A stretch of DNA of 64,000 nucleotides from Octopus sinensis (GCF_006345805.1 NC_043014.1:8308001-8372000), one strand, 5' to 3'. Shown: positions 50,616-63,690, numbered from the stretch's first letter. Made by a program: numbers and translations. Notes: generated by a model not told the origin, from the letters alone.

Positions 50616-51029
50616 ATTATTATTGTTGTTATTATTATTATTGTTGTTGTTGTTGTTGTTGAGGCAGAGAGAATCGTTAGCACACCTGACAAAATGCTTA
50701 GCAGTATTTCATCTGCCGTTACGTTCCGCCAAGGTCGACTTTGCCTTTTATCCTTTCGGGGTCGATAAATTAAGTACAAGTTACACACTGGGGGTTGATA
50801 TAATCGACTTAATCCATTTGTCTGTCCTTGTTTGTCCTCTCTGTGTTTAGCCCCTTGTGGGTAGTAAAGAAATAGGTATTTCATCTGTCTTTACATTCTG
50901 AATTCAAATTCTCCTGATAAAATGAGTACCAGTTGCATACTGGGATCAATCTAATCACCTAGCCCCCCCCGCCAAATTTCAGGTCTTGTGCTTATAGTAG
51001 AAAGGATTATTATTATTATTATTATTATT

Positions 51030-51493
51030 GAGTGAGAGAGCAGTGCATGCCATCAAAGTGACACTGGGGTAAAATATACAAAGCCCAATATACCCATCAT
51101 GACTACCCGTCTGATAAGGGTATACCAGGCACATGCATCACAACCATATGTGCGCGACATGGTGATCTCATATCAAGATAAACAGCACATGACCTTGCAG
51201 GTGGGGCCCAGTTAGAATTTTCTTCAGGTTGAGTAGCCCATCCCGCTCAAAAGGTCCCTGAATAAGGGTTGCTTTAGGATGTTGAACGAAACACCTATGT
51301 TTCCAGAGGTGAATTATTCAAACTCCAAAGAATCCCTCTCAACACATGGCCATGATGCTCCCCCACTACTTCTGCTCGTGTTCAGAGATGCACATATCGT
51401 CAGCCACTAAGGGACATGCTCAACTGGTTAAGGTCAAACAACTGACAAGCAAATCTGTGGTATTGAGCAGAATATTTGCTGTAGCCCATCTTT
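51030..51493 (-). mobile_element. Unclassified 464-bp element embedded in (ATT)n
   Basis: Complex non-coding sequence bounded on both sides by (ATT)n; orientation guessed from the (AAT)n tail. Confidence 0.5.
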
Positions 51494-51508
51494 TATTATT
51501 ATTATTAC

Positions 51509-51548
<40 letters not shown>

Positions 51549-52368
51549 TACTACTACTACTACTACTACTACTCCTCAGGTGGTAAGCTTGCAGAATCAG
51601 CATGCTGGGGAAAATGCTTTCATCTGTCTTTAAGTTCAGAATTCAAATTCTGTTGAGGTTGACTTAACTTTTCATCCTCTCAGGGTTGATAAAATAAGTA
51701 CCAGCTGAGTACAGTGGTCAATATAATTGACTTATATTGACTTATCCCCTCCCTAGAAATTGCTAGCCTTGTGCCAAAATTTGAAATAATTACAGTAGTA
51801 CCTCGGTTTTCAAACACCGTTGATCACGAATAAATCATGCTGTGTCTCCTGTCTTTTACATAGTCATTTAATACAGTAGTACCTCAGTTTACTAATGATT
51901 CTGATCATATTAAATTGTACTTTATATATATATGTATATGTAAAGCACGATTTATTCATGATCAGGTGCAGGAGTGGCTGTGTGGTAAGTAGCTTGCTAA
52001 CCAACCACATGGTTCCGGGTTCAGTCCCACTGCGTGGCATCTTGGGCAAGTGTCTTCTGCTATAGCCCCGCGCTGACCAATGCCTTGTGAGTGGATTTGG
52101 TAGACGGAAACTGAAAGAAGCCTGTCGTATATATGTATATATATATATGTGTGTGTGTGTGTGTTTGCGTGTCTGTGTTTGTCCCCCTAGCAATGCTTGA
52201 CAACCGATGCTGGTGTGTTTACGTCCCCATCACTTAGCGGTTCGGCAAAAGAGACCGATAGAATAAGTACTGGGCTTACAAAGAATAAGTCCCGGGGTCG
52301 ATTTGCTCGACTAAAGGCGGTGCTCCATCATGGCTGCAGTCAAATGACTGAAACAAGTAAAAGAATAG

Positions 52369-53656
52369 CCGACAAACAGTTTCGCATACTTGGCACCTAT
52401 TCTCATGACCACTCCCGAGACCTGTTGGTGAAAATCCTCCACAAACGAGAAGCAGTCGAGGGAGAGAACAAGTTCAGCCAGATGAAGAAGTGTGGAGGTG
52501 TCAGGCTGGAGGTTGAGTTGAAGGTCTAGGAAGTGTTTGAGTGTAAGAAGTTCTTTGTTGTGTGGGATCACCGTATCCAGTGCGTCCATGCTGCCAACAA
52601 AGCACGCGAAGTCCTGTTTTTGATTCGACGGTCATTCGGAATGCTCACTGCAACCATATTCCTACCACTCTATGTCACACTGGTGAGACCCATATTGGAG
52701 TACGGGTTTCAAGCCTCTTCTCCTTATCTCCTCAAAAACATACAGCATCTTGAAAGAGTCCAGAAGCTGGCTACCCGCGTGGTTCTTGGTCTCAAGAATT
52801 TGTCTTATGAAGAAAGGCTGAAGACGCTCGACCTTTATTCTCTAGAAAAACGCCGCCACCGTGGTGATCTCATTCTTGCTCACAACATCATAAGCAGAAA
52901 GTGTAACCTCTCGAAAGAGCTGTTCTTCACTCCTGCTCCAGAGCGTCGGCTGCGGGGTCACTCCGAAAAGCTCTATCTGCGACGATTTCATCTCAATCGA
53001 AGGAGAGGGGCTTTCTCCGTCCGGGTTGCGAATCCGTGGAATAAGCTGCCAGACGAGATAGTGAAGATGCCGACGACTGCTCGGTTCAAAGTCTCTCTTG
53101 ACCAGAAATGGCCTGAACTCTTTGCATGAACAATCTCCCTGTACATAACTCCATGTCTCCCTACATGGCCAAAAAATTAACTAACTAGCTAACTAACATA
53201 TAGACTCTTGATATCAAGAGTGAGGAGCAGTTTAGAGGGGCCAGGTGGGAAGGAGGAAGAGTTGAAGAGACGGAGAGCATGGTTAGTGTCATGAATGTGG
53301 GCAGGGAGGGAAGTGAATGGTGGGGGGTGGGGGTGGAGTGCAGACAATGAGGTTGGAGGTGGTGGGAGGGAGACAGGAGGAGGAGATGAGATTATGGATA
53401 GTGGAGGACTCAGTCTGTTGGTAATTAGGCATGGGGTTGGAGGGCAGTGGGCAATAAAAGGAGGTGTCTTGAAGTCGGCTTAGAGTTTCAGCCTTTTAGA
53501 GGTCTGCATGCCACACCACCATAGTTCCACCTTTGCCGGCTGGTTTTATGATGATGTCTTTCGGAGACATCGAAGGGTTGAGAGTTCGGCTGGGGAGATG
53601 TTAAAATGTCGGGGTTGCCCGAGAAAGTAAAATCGGTCCACAACATATTGGCAGAT
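52369..53656 (-). pseudogene. Penelope-like element reverse transcriptase fragment, split by a CR1 insertion
   Basis: Minus strand: NISPAELSTLR..DIIIKPAGKGGTMVVW...IHDTNHAL...LLTLDIKSL|(Y)TVIPHN..LKHFLD...LLHLAELVLSLDCFSF...QQVSGVVM..KYAKLFVG. Confidence 0.85.
52577..53197 (+). mobile_element. CR1-clade LINE, 5'-truncated, open ORF2 C-terminus
   Basis: ANKAREVLFLIRRSF...LYVTLVRPILEYG..SPYLLKNIQHLERVQKLATR...PWNKLP; stop at 53129; (AACT)n tail. Confidence 0.93.
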
Positions 53657-53846
53657 GTATGTATATATATATATATGTGTGTGGTTGGTGTTAGGAAGGG
53701 CATCCAGCCATAGAAACACTGCCAGATCAGACTGGGCCTGATGCAGCCTTCTGGCTTCACAGACCCCGGTTGAACCGTCCAACCCATGCTAGCATGGAAA
53801 GCGGACGCTAAATGATGATGATGAGGATGATGATGATGATGGCATG

Positions 53847-55085
53847 TGCAGACAATTCGTTCGACAGACAATTCCCTGACTGGGCAATAAGTCAACATGT
53901 GGAAGAATCAATTATGGAGATCATCAAAATGGAATGAGGAGGTCGAAGCTTCTATACAAAGGGTACACCTATATTATTGATAGAATCAGAAAAGAAAAGA
54001 CTTATGGGAGATGTGCAAATCGTAAACTCTGCAATGCTAGACTGACAATGATTGATAAGAAAATTAGCACCACTCCTTCTGAACACGTACATCCACCTAC
54101 ATCATCATCATCATCATCATCGTTTAACGTCCGCTTTCCATGCTAGCATGGGTTGGACGATTTTGACTGAGGGCTGGCAAACCAGATGGCTGCACCAGGC
54201 TCCAATCTTGATCTGGCAGAGTTTCTACAACTGGATGCCCTTCCTAACGCCAACCACTCCGAGAGTGTAGTGGGTGCTTTTTACATGCCACCAGCACGAG
54301 GGGCCAGTCAGACGGCACTGGCAACGACCTCGCTCGAATCCTTTTACACATGCCACCAGCACAGGTGCCAGTAAGGCGACGTTGGTAACGATCACGCTCA
54401 AATGGTGCCCCTTTATGTGTTACTGGCTTGGAAGCCAGTTGGCTGCTCTGGCGAAAAATCATGCTGCAAAAGTTATGGAAGAAATAAAGCTTCTTGCTGG
54501 ACTCATGCAACGTGGTAGATGTTGACAGCCACTGTACGACATGTCTTTATGGTAGTACTACAACAGAGTTCTTAATGATCTCCCGAAAACCAACAACACT
54601 CTAGAAGGGTGACACCACGCCTTTAGTAGAAGAGTTAATGTCCATCACCCTAAATTATCCAAATTAATTGAGAAGCTTAGGGTAGAACAGACACACACTG
54701 AAATGGTAATAGAACAGGCCATATCAGGGGTTGAAGTGGCAAGGAAAAGCAAAACGTATATTCGGCTTAAGAAAAGACTTAAAAACATTGTTCTTAATTA
54801 CGACAATACAGCTGGGTTGGAATTTTTAAGGGCATGAGCCCATAATTGTATGTGATATCTTTATTTCTACATGTAAGATATTTTTCATGTGTCGACCTAT
54901 TGTATGTAATATCTTTTTATAAATAAATTGTTTTTATTTGTAAGTCTAATAAAACGTTTTTGTAATTTTTTCTTTGTTTTTCAAAATGTTGACATATTGT
55001 CCTTTCGGCAAATTGTCCAATCAGTCAGTTGTCCTGTCTGTATGTTGTCTGTTAGCCAATTGTCTGTCAATGAATTGTTTGTCTA
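53847..55085 (+). mobile_element. Internally deleted Mutator-like element (FLYWCH-type finger plus transposase C-terminus)
   Basis: KLLYKGYTY..DR..KEKTYGRC...C.ARL...HVHP (53934-54100) and LPKTNNTLEG*HHAF...HP...EQ...FLRA*AHN (54570-54855); GACAGACAATT subterminal repeats inverted at both ends; RTE-tail element inserted at about 54100-54430. Confidence 0.8.
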
Positions 55086-56899
55086 CCTATATGTATGTAT
55101 GTATACATATACATACATGCATATACACACATGCCACCAACAACACACACACATACACACAGTTACTGCCACATACACATGCTACCATACACACACATAT
55201 GCCACCATACACACACACACATGTGCATAGGATTGCAGTTTCGATTCCCAGACCTGGCGTCGTGAGTGTTTATTGAGCGAAAACACCTAAAAGCTCCACG
55301 AGGCTCCGGCAGGGGTTGGTGGCGATCCCTGCTGTACTCTTTCGCCACAACTTTCTCTCACTCTTTCTTCTGTTGGCCTGCTTGCTTAGCCAGCGGGATG
55401 GCATCATTTGAAGGCTAAAACAATGCAAAGCGCATTGTGACCAGCGATGTGTAGCAACATCTGATAGTCTGGTCAGTCATGATGATCACAGTGATATACA
55501 TATATATATATATATGTGTGTGTGTGTATGTACATACATATATAAGTATATGTGTGTGTATGTGGGTCTATGTTTGTTAGGAAGTTGATTGTTATGGCTG
55601 GTGAATGAGTAGGCATTGGTTTCTCACCAATAAAACAGTTAGCCATGTAGGGCATCAGACTCAGTTGGATAAAGGAACATTATTCTACAACTGGAGAGAG
55701 GAAAATGACAGTTAGTCTCTTACTTGTTACTAGATTGTGGTGTTGATGGGAAACTGAAAGAAACCTGTCATATACATTATATATATATCATGTAAAATGC
55801 ACCATTTGAGCGTGGTCATTGCCAGTGCTGCTTGATGGGCTCCCATGCTGGTGGCACATAAAAAGCACCATCCAAGTGTGGCTGATGCCAACACAAAAAG
55901 CACCCACTACACTCTGGAAGTGGTTGGCATTAGAAAGGGCATCTAGTTGTAGAAACATTGCCAGATCAAACTAGAGCCTGGTGCAGCCTTCTGGCTTACC
56001 AGCCCTCAGTCAAACCATCCCACCCATGCCAGCATGGAAAGTGGATGTTAAAGGACGATGATGATGATGATGACGAGACGTCTGTTTGTAATGTGTTGTT
56101 ATTATTATTATTATTGTTTTTATGTATTATTATTGTTTTTACGTATTATTTTTGTATTCATATTCGTGTAACAAGGCCCGTTTTTTCCGTTCTTGTTTTG
56201 TATACATTTGAAGCTTTCTTCCAAGGAATCTAATGCGCTTATCTTAGTTTTTCCTTGGGGCTGGCCAGATTGGAGCAATCTTAAGATTAATCAGCGGAAA
56301 TTGCAAGGATGATCCGGTTCTTGACTGAAGATAGAAAACTTCGAATGTCCCGTCCGTGTTTTTGTATCGTCTTCTAAATGTTTTGCGTTCTTGTCCCAGT
56401 CTGTATTATATATATATATATATATATATATATTTACACATACATATGTGTGTGTCTTTGTGTTTGTACCCCATACTACTTGAGAACCTGAGTTGGTTGG
56501 TTTACATCTCTGTAACTTAGCAGTTCAACAAAACAGACTGACAGAATAAGTACCAGGCTTAAAAGAAAAGTACTGGGATTGATTCGTCTCACTTGAACCC
56601 TTCAAGGCAGTGCCCCATATGGCCAGTCCAAAAGACCAAAACAGACAATTCTTCTGGGTTTGGGAAATAAATAAAATGGAAAACTCACCAAAAAAAGCAT
56701 GTTCATTCGTGTGTACAGGTGACAAAAAATGTTAACCAAAACACATCTGAATTCAGGTGAGAGCTTCAAAATTTTACGAAGATCAAGCATGCCTTTCCTA
56801 TCAATGTTATTATTATTATTATTATTATTATATATTATTATTATTATTAATGTAATAATAATAATATTTTCCAGTTTAGACACAAAGCTAGAAATATTG

Positions 56900-57310
56900 A
56901 GGAAAGGGATTTGTTGATGTTTTTGGCCCCAGCACATGACTGGTACTTAAGAGGAATGAAAGACAAAGTTGACTTTAGCAGGATTTGAACTCAGAATGTT
57001 AAGAGCCAGAAGAAATACTGCAAAGCATTTTTTCAGATGCTCTAGCAATTCTGCTAGCCCATCACTCTAATAATAATAATAATAATAATCCTCCTCCTTT
57101 TCTACTAAAGGCACAAGGCCTGAAATTTGGGGAGAGGGGACCAATCGATTACATTGACCCCAGTGTTTCACTGCTACTTAATTTATTAACACCGAAAGGA
57201 TGAAAGGCAAAGTTGACCCCAGCGGAATTTGAACTCAGAACGTAACGGCAGACAATATGCTGCTAAAAATTTCACCCAGGTGCTAATGATTCTGCCAGCT
57301 CACCACCTTC

Positions 57311-57343
<33 letters not shown>

Positions 57344-58090
57344 TAATAATAATAATAATAATAATTAATTCTTTTTTATTAGCCACAAGGGCTGATACAC
57401 ATGATTGGAAACATAAAGGGACAAGACAGGACGAAAGGTTACAAAGGGTTTTGTCCGTTTGTTAAAAAATCCGAGTAAAAACTGTATAACAATAATTATA
57501 AAACAATGAAAAACTCCCAAAAGGGGGAGGCGTTACGAAAGGTTCCTGGTGGAAAAAACCCTACAAAAGCCAACGGGAGCCTGTTCAAAAAAGGGGTGCA
57601 GAGAGTCCCTTTTTTTCCCCTTTTAATAATAATAATAATAATAATAATTCTTTCCATTATTGGCACAAGTCCTGAAATTTTGGGGAAAGGGGTTTGTCGA
57701 TTACAGCAACCCCTCTACTTGACTGGTACTTAATTTGATAGCCCCTAGTGGATAAAAGGCGAAATTGAACTCAGTATGTAAAGAACTAGAAGAGATGCTG
57801 CTAAGCATTTTGTCCAGCATAATAACAATTCTGTCAACTCACTACATCATCATCATCATCATCATCATCATCTACATTAATAATAATTTTGGTTTCAAAT
57901 GTTGGTTTAAGGCCAGCAATTTTTTGGATGTGGGTTAATTGATTACATCAACCAATACTTAAATGACACTATATTTTATTGACTCTGGAGGAATGAAGGC
58001 AAAGTTGACCTCAGTAGGGTTTGAAGTTAGAATGTAAAGGGCTGGAACAAACCCAGCAAAGTGTTTGGACTAACACTCTAATGATTCTGT
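56900..58090 (-). mobile_element. Train of SINE family B copies and a Tx1-like tail (57370-57625) separated by (AAT)n/(CAT)n
   Basis: Repeated GAACTCAG/GCATTTT/CAAAGTTGACC blocks separated by microsatellites. Confidence 0.7.
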
Positions 58091-58337
58091 CAATAATGAT
58101 TTCTTACAAAGCGAAAGCCCCCACTTCTTTTTGTGGTGGGGTAGTAACAGTCACTTTAGGCACATGGCTAGTTTTTGTTGGTGACAGTCTGTTGTTATTT
58201 AGATTTTTAGGTTAATTGCAATGAATAGAATTGATAGATTCAGTTTCCTTCTTTGTTGAGATTAATGCTTCTGTCATATGAAGGGCAGTGCACATAAACT
58301 TGTATTAGGTCCTCCAAGAAAAGTCCTCTATCTTAGG

Positions 58338-58750
58338 GTAGCGAGCTGGCAGAAACGTTAGTGTGCCAGGCGAAATACTTAGTGATACTTCGTCTGTCGT
58401 TATGTTCTGAGTTCAAATTCCGCCAAGGTCGACTTTGCCTTTCATCCTTTCGGGGTCGATTAGATAAGTACCAGTTACACACTGGGGTCGATGTAATCGA
58501 CTTAATCCGTCTGTCTGTCCTTGTTTGTCCTCTCTGTGTTTAGCCCCTTGTGGGTAGTAAAGAAATAGGTATTTCGTCTGTCTTTACGCTTTGAGTTCAA
58601 ATTCTGCCGAGGTCGACTTTGCCTTTCATCCTTTCGGGGTCGATTAAATAAGTACCAGTTATGCACTGGGGTCGATATAATCGACTTAATCCGTCTGTCT
58701 GTCCTTGTTTGTCCTCTCTGTGTTTAGCCCCTTGTGGGTAGTAAAGAAAC
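58338..58750 (+). mobile_element. SINE family B dimer (184-bp period)
   Basis: CGTCTGTC at 58391 and 58575; junction AAAGAAATAGGTATTTCGTCTG. Confidence 0.88.
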
Positions 58751-59109
58751 AGGTATATGTATGCAAAGGATGTCCATGTCTGGTTGTTACCTGTTTGTAC
58801 AACAATTATAAAAACAACAATGGTGATGGTGGCAATGATGATGATGATGATGATGATGCTGACAACGAGTATGCCTCTGATATTACCATTCATTGCCCGT
58901 CCTAGCAGCTAGTGGAGAGGACACAACCATTCTAATGTAAACAAACTCATAGCATTTCTTCTTCTTCTTAGTGTTGTTTCTCACTCTGCTTCTTGCCCAG
59001 ATCTAGTCCCACCCCCCCATCCTACCAATCATTACTAGCAAGTGGGATTAAAATTTGGCCTGTTTCCAGTATTCTAATATCTGTATTAATGTTCTTACTG
59101 TTTCTACTA

Positions 59110-59640
59110 GTAACAGCTATTACTACTACTACTACTACCACTACTACTACTACTACCACCACCACCACAACCACCACCACCACAACTACTACTACTACCA
59201 CCACTACCGCCGCCACCACTACCACTACTACTACTACTACTACCTTCACCACCACCAATGCTACAATGCTTCCTCCCTTCTTCTTCTTCCTCCTTCCACT
59301 ACTACAACTACTACTACTACTACTAAGCACTACCACTGCCATTACTATTACTACTGCCACTACTACTAAGCACTACCACTGCCATCACTATTATTTCTGC
59401 CATCACTATTACTACTACTACTACTGCTGCTGTTACTACTACTACTACAGTAACTAAAAGCTACTACCATCACAACAATGACTATTACTACTACTACCAC
59501 CACCACCACCATCACTGCTAATGACTGCTACTTGTACTATAACTATTACTGCTACTAATTACCGTTGCTTATTGCAATTACTACTTTCACTATCACCACC
59601 ACCACTACCATCACCACCACCACAACCACCACTACTACTT
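59110..59640. repeat. (ACT/ACC) trinucleotide mosaic
   Basis: Direct reading. Confidence 0.9.
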
Positions 59641-59807
59641 AATAATTTGATCCGTCGTTATAAATTCATAAATTGTTGTAGAGAAGTATGGTCAGCTGAA
59701 CCCAGCACCAGTGTATGACTGGTACATATTTTAAGAACCCCAACTGGGTTTGAACTTACGTAGTGGACTGATGAAACTTGAAAAACAGACTAATTTTTAA
59801 TCTTCAA

Positions 59808-60452
59808 CCTTTTAACATTTAAACCAGCCATATACAGCCCAAATATTCTACCCCTTTTTATGTTCAAACTGGCCAGATCTGGCTTCTCACACCTACCCTA
59901 CAATGTCATTCTCAAAATATACAACCGCATCGCAGGAGTGGCTGTGTGGTAAGTAGCTTGCTAACCAACCACATGGTTCCGGGTCCAGTCCCACCGCGTG
60001 GCATCTTGGGCAAGTGTCTTCTGCTATAGCCCCGGGCCGACCAATGCCTTGTGAGTGGATTTGGTAGACGGAAATTGAAAGAAGCCTGTCGTATATATGT
60101 ATATATATATATATATATGTGTGTATATGTTTGTGTGTCTGTGTTTGTCCCCCTAGCATTGCCTGACAACCGATGCTGGTGTGTTTATGTCCCCGTCACT
60201 TAGTGGTTCGGCAAAAGAGACCGATAGAATAAGTACTGGGCTTACAAAAGAATAAGTCCCGGGGTCGATTTGCTCAACTAAAGGCGGTGCTCCAGCATGG
60301 CCGCAGTCAAATGACTGAAACAAGTAAAAGAGTAAAGAGTAAAAGAGAGTAAACATTATGACAATTTCAAAGCTATGAGATAATGATTAATTTCTAAATA
60401 ATATGAATAAATAAGCATTACATTTGATAGATTGATCTTGAATGCTAAAGAG
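59808..60452. mobile_element. piggyBac-like MITE carrying a nested SINE A (59932-60350)
   Basis: TCAA|CCTTTTAACATT ... AATGCTAAAGAG|TTAA ends. Confidence 0.6.
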
Positions 60453-62101
60453 TTAATCATTGACTGATCTTGATATTTTTTCTTATTTGTTCTTCTTTTT
60501 TTTGGCCCCTCTTAATATATAATTATTTCTACTTAGCTTAGGTTCAGTTCCACTTCATGGCACCTTGGGCAAATGTCTTCTACTGTAGCCTCAGGTCGAC
60601 CAAAGCATTGAGTGGATTTGATACACAGAAACTGAAAGAAGCCCATCATATATATTATATGCAGCACGGACTTTGTCAGTGAACAGGTCGCGGATTTTAG
60701 CGACGAAAATATTTTGACAAATTAAACTTAAATGTTGGAGTGAATCGAACGGCTTTTGTGTGTTTCTTAAATGGCTTATAAACACCTTCCACGCTGCAAT
60801 TGTTTTCGTTTCAGCACACGATCTCAGATCAAATTACTTGCTATGCGAGTACATCTCCGTAATATATATATATGTATATATATATATGTGTGCTGGTGGT
60901 ACGTAAAAAGCACCATCCGACCGTGGCCGTTTGCCAGCTCCGTCTGGCACCTGTGCGGGTGGCACGTAAAAAGCACCCACTACACTCACGGAGTGGTTGG
61001 CGTTAGGAAGGGCATCCAGCCGTAGAAACACTGCCAGATCAGACTGGGCCTGATGCAGCCTCCTGGCTTCACAGACCCCAGTTGAACCGTCCAACCCATG
61101 CTAGCATGGAAAGCAGACGCTAAATGATGATGATGATGATGATATATATATATTTATTTGGGGTACTTAGTTGTGCTCATGACTTAGTGTTTGCTTCTTC
61201 CATGGGTATGAGTAAGTATCTCATTTACTTCTTTGCCACATGTATCACTGACGAAGGGAGGCTTCTTTTTGAACTAACCCTGAAATCAGTCCGATATGGT
61301 AATAATGGAATTTTTTAGAAATTTCTGTCGGCCTTTTTTCGAGTAGCGTGCATACTGGGGAAAAAATTATATGGTAAATGGACAATATGTCCAATATTTG
61401 GCATTAGAAATTTTTTCTTTTGCCCTTATTTATAAGTTGTTTATAATTTAACCTTTAAAGGTATTTTTTAATATGCTGGCCATTGATAAAATTTTTTTCG
61501 AAAAAATTTGATCCTACATTAGATATATATATATATATCATCATAATCATCATCATCGTTTAACGTCTGCTTTCCATGCTAGCATGGGTTGGACGATTTG
61601 ACTGAGGGCTGGTAAACCAGATGGCTGCACCAGGCTCCAGTCTTGATCTGGCAGAGTTTCTACAGCTGGATGCCCTTCCTAACGCCAACCAGTGTGTGTG
61701 TATGTATGTATATATGTGCGTGTGTTTGTTTATTCCCCCACCCACCATCACTTGACAACCAAGGTTGATGTGTTTACGTCTCCATAACTTTGTGTTCATC
61801 AAAATAGAATCGCTACTAGGCTTACAAAAGAATAAGTTCTGGAGTCAATTTCTTTATTTAAAAAACCCTTAAGGCCGTACTCCAGCATGGCCACAGTCGA
61901 AATGACTGAAACAAATAAAAGAATGTGTGTGTGAACTTTCTGCATTAAATAGATTTATTAAAATTAAATTAGATATTGTTTACTACACGCAGACGACTTT
62001 GTGATATTTATTCTGTAAACAACTCTGTCACCCACCACACCCTTCTCCTCTCTTACCACTGCAAATGTGTGACCTTGTGCCTGTGTTTGGAAACATGATG
62101 C

Positions 62102-62138
<37 letters not shown>

Positions 62139-62304
62139 GTTTTATACATTGAGTCCAAATGCTGCCAAGGTTGACTTTGTCTTTCACCTTCTCAGGGTCA
62201 ATAAAATAAATAAAATACCAAGATAAATACCAGTTGAGCACTAGAGTTGATGTCATTGACTAACCCTCTGTCCCCAAAATTTCAGGCGTTGTGCTTATAG
62301 TGGA

Positions 62305-62548
62305 AAGAATTATTATTATTATCATCATCATCATCATCATCATTATTATTATTACTATTATCATTATTATCATCATCATCATTATTATTATTACCATTAT
62401 TATTATCATCATGATCATCATTATTATTATTATTACTATTATTATTATCATTACTATCATCATCATCATTATTATTGTTATTATTATTTTTATTATTATT
62501 ATTATTATTATCATTATCATCATCAACATTATTATTATTATTATCATT

Positions 62549-62580
<32 letters not shown>

Positions 62581-62745
62581 TATTATTATTACTATTATCA
62601 TTATTATCATCATCATTATTATTATTACTATTATTATTATCATTATCATCATTATTATTATTATTATTAAGAAGGCAGAGATCATCATTATTATCATCAT
62701 CATCATCATTATTATTATTATCATTATTATCAACATCACCATTGT
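62305..62745. repeat. (ATT/ATC) trinucleotide mosaic
   Basis: Direct reading; source of the poly-I and poly-M ORFs. Confidence 0.92.
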
Positions 62746-63084
62746 TGTTTTTCTAATTGTTACTGGGCAAAATGCTTAGCAGTATTTTGTCACTTTACAT
62801 TCTGAGTTCAAATTCCACGGAGGTCAGCTTTGCCTTTCATCTTTTCAGGGTCGATAAAATAAGTACCACTTGGGAGTGGGGGGGGGGCGATCTAATTGAC
62901 TTATCTCTCCCCCAGACTTGCTGGCCTTCTGCCAAAATTCGAAATCACCATTTTCATTTTTATTATTAAGGTAGTGAGCTGGCAGAATCATTAGCATGCT
63001 GGATTAAATGCTTTGCAGTATTTCGCCAGTCACTGTGTTCTGAGTTCAAATTCTACTGAGGTTGACTTTGCTTGTCATCCTTTC

Positions 63085-63690
63085 ATCATCATCATCATCA
63101 TCGTTTAACGTCCATTCTCCATGCTGCACCAGGCTCCAGTCTGATCTGGCAGTGTTTCTACAGCTGGATGCCCTTCCTAACACCAACCACTCCGTGAGTG
63201 TAGATGGTGCTATTTACGTGCCACCGGCATGGAAGGCAGTGAAGGCGGCGCTGGCATCGGCCACGTTCAGATGGTGCTATTTACGTGCCACCGGCACAGG
63301 TGCCAGACGAGGCTGGCAACGGCCACGATCGGATTGGTGCTTTTTACGTGCCACCGGCATGGAAGGCAGTGAAGGCGGCGCTGGCATCGGCCACGTTCAG
63401 ATGGTGCTATTTACGTGCCACCGGCACAGGTGCCAGACGAGGCTGGCAACGGCCACGATCGGATTGGTGCTTTTTACGTGCCACCGGCATGGAAGGCAGT
63501 GAAGGCGGCGCTGGCATCGGCCACGTTCAGATGGTGCTATTTACGTGCCACCGGCACAGGTGCCAGACGAGCTGGCAACGGCCACGATCGGATTGGTGCT
63601 TTTTACGTCCACCGGCATGGAAGGCAGTGAAGGCGGCGCTGGCATCGGCCACGTTCAGATGGTGCTTTTTCCTGCCACCGGCACAGGGAT
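63085..63690 (-). mobile_element. RTE 3' UTR-derived element with (AB)3A higher-order array (130-bp period), nested in a SINE B
   Basis: TTACGT core at 63214, 63281, 63344, 63411, 63474, 63541 and 63603, alternating 67- and 63-bp units. Confidence 0.9.

Noticed and set aside
51793-51965. pogo/Tigger-like ends (TACAGTAGTACCTC twice) with a 20-bp inverted repeat
   Set aside because: Too fragmentary to delimit as an element.
63190-63690. CRISPR-like repeat-spacer pattern (also 46246-46700)
   Set aside because: Spacers are only two reused modules, the arrays lie within an RTE 3' UTR, the context is eukaryotic, and there are no cas genes.
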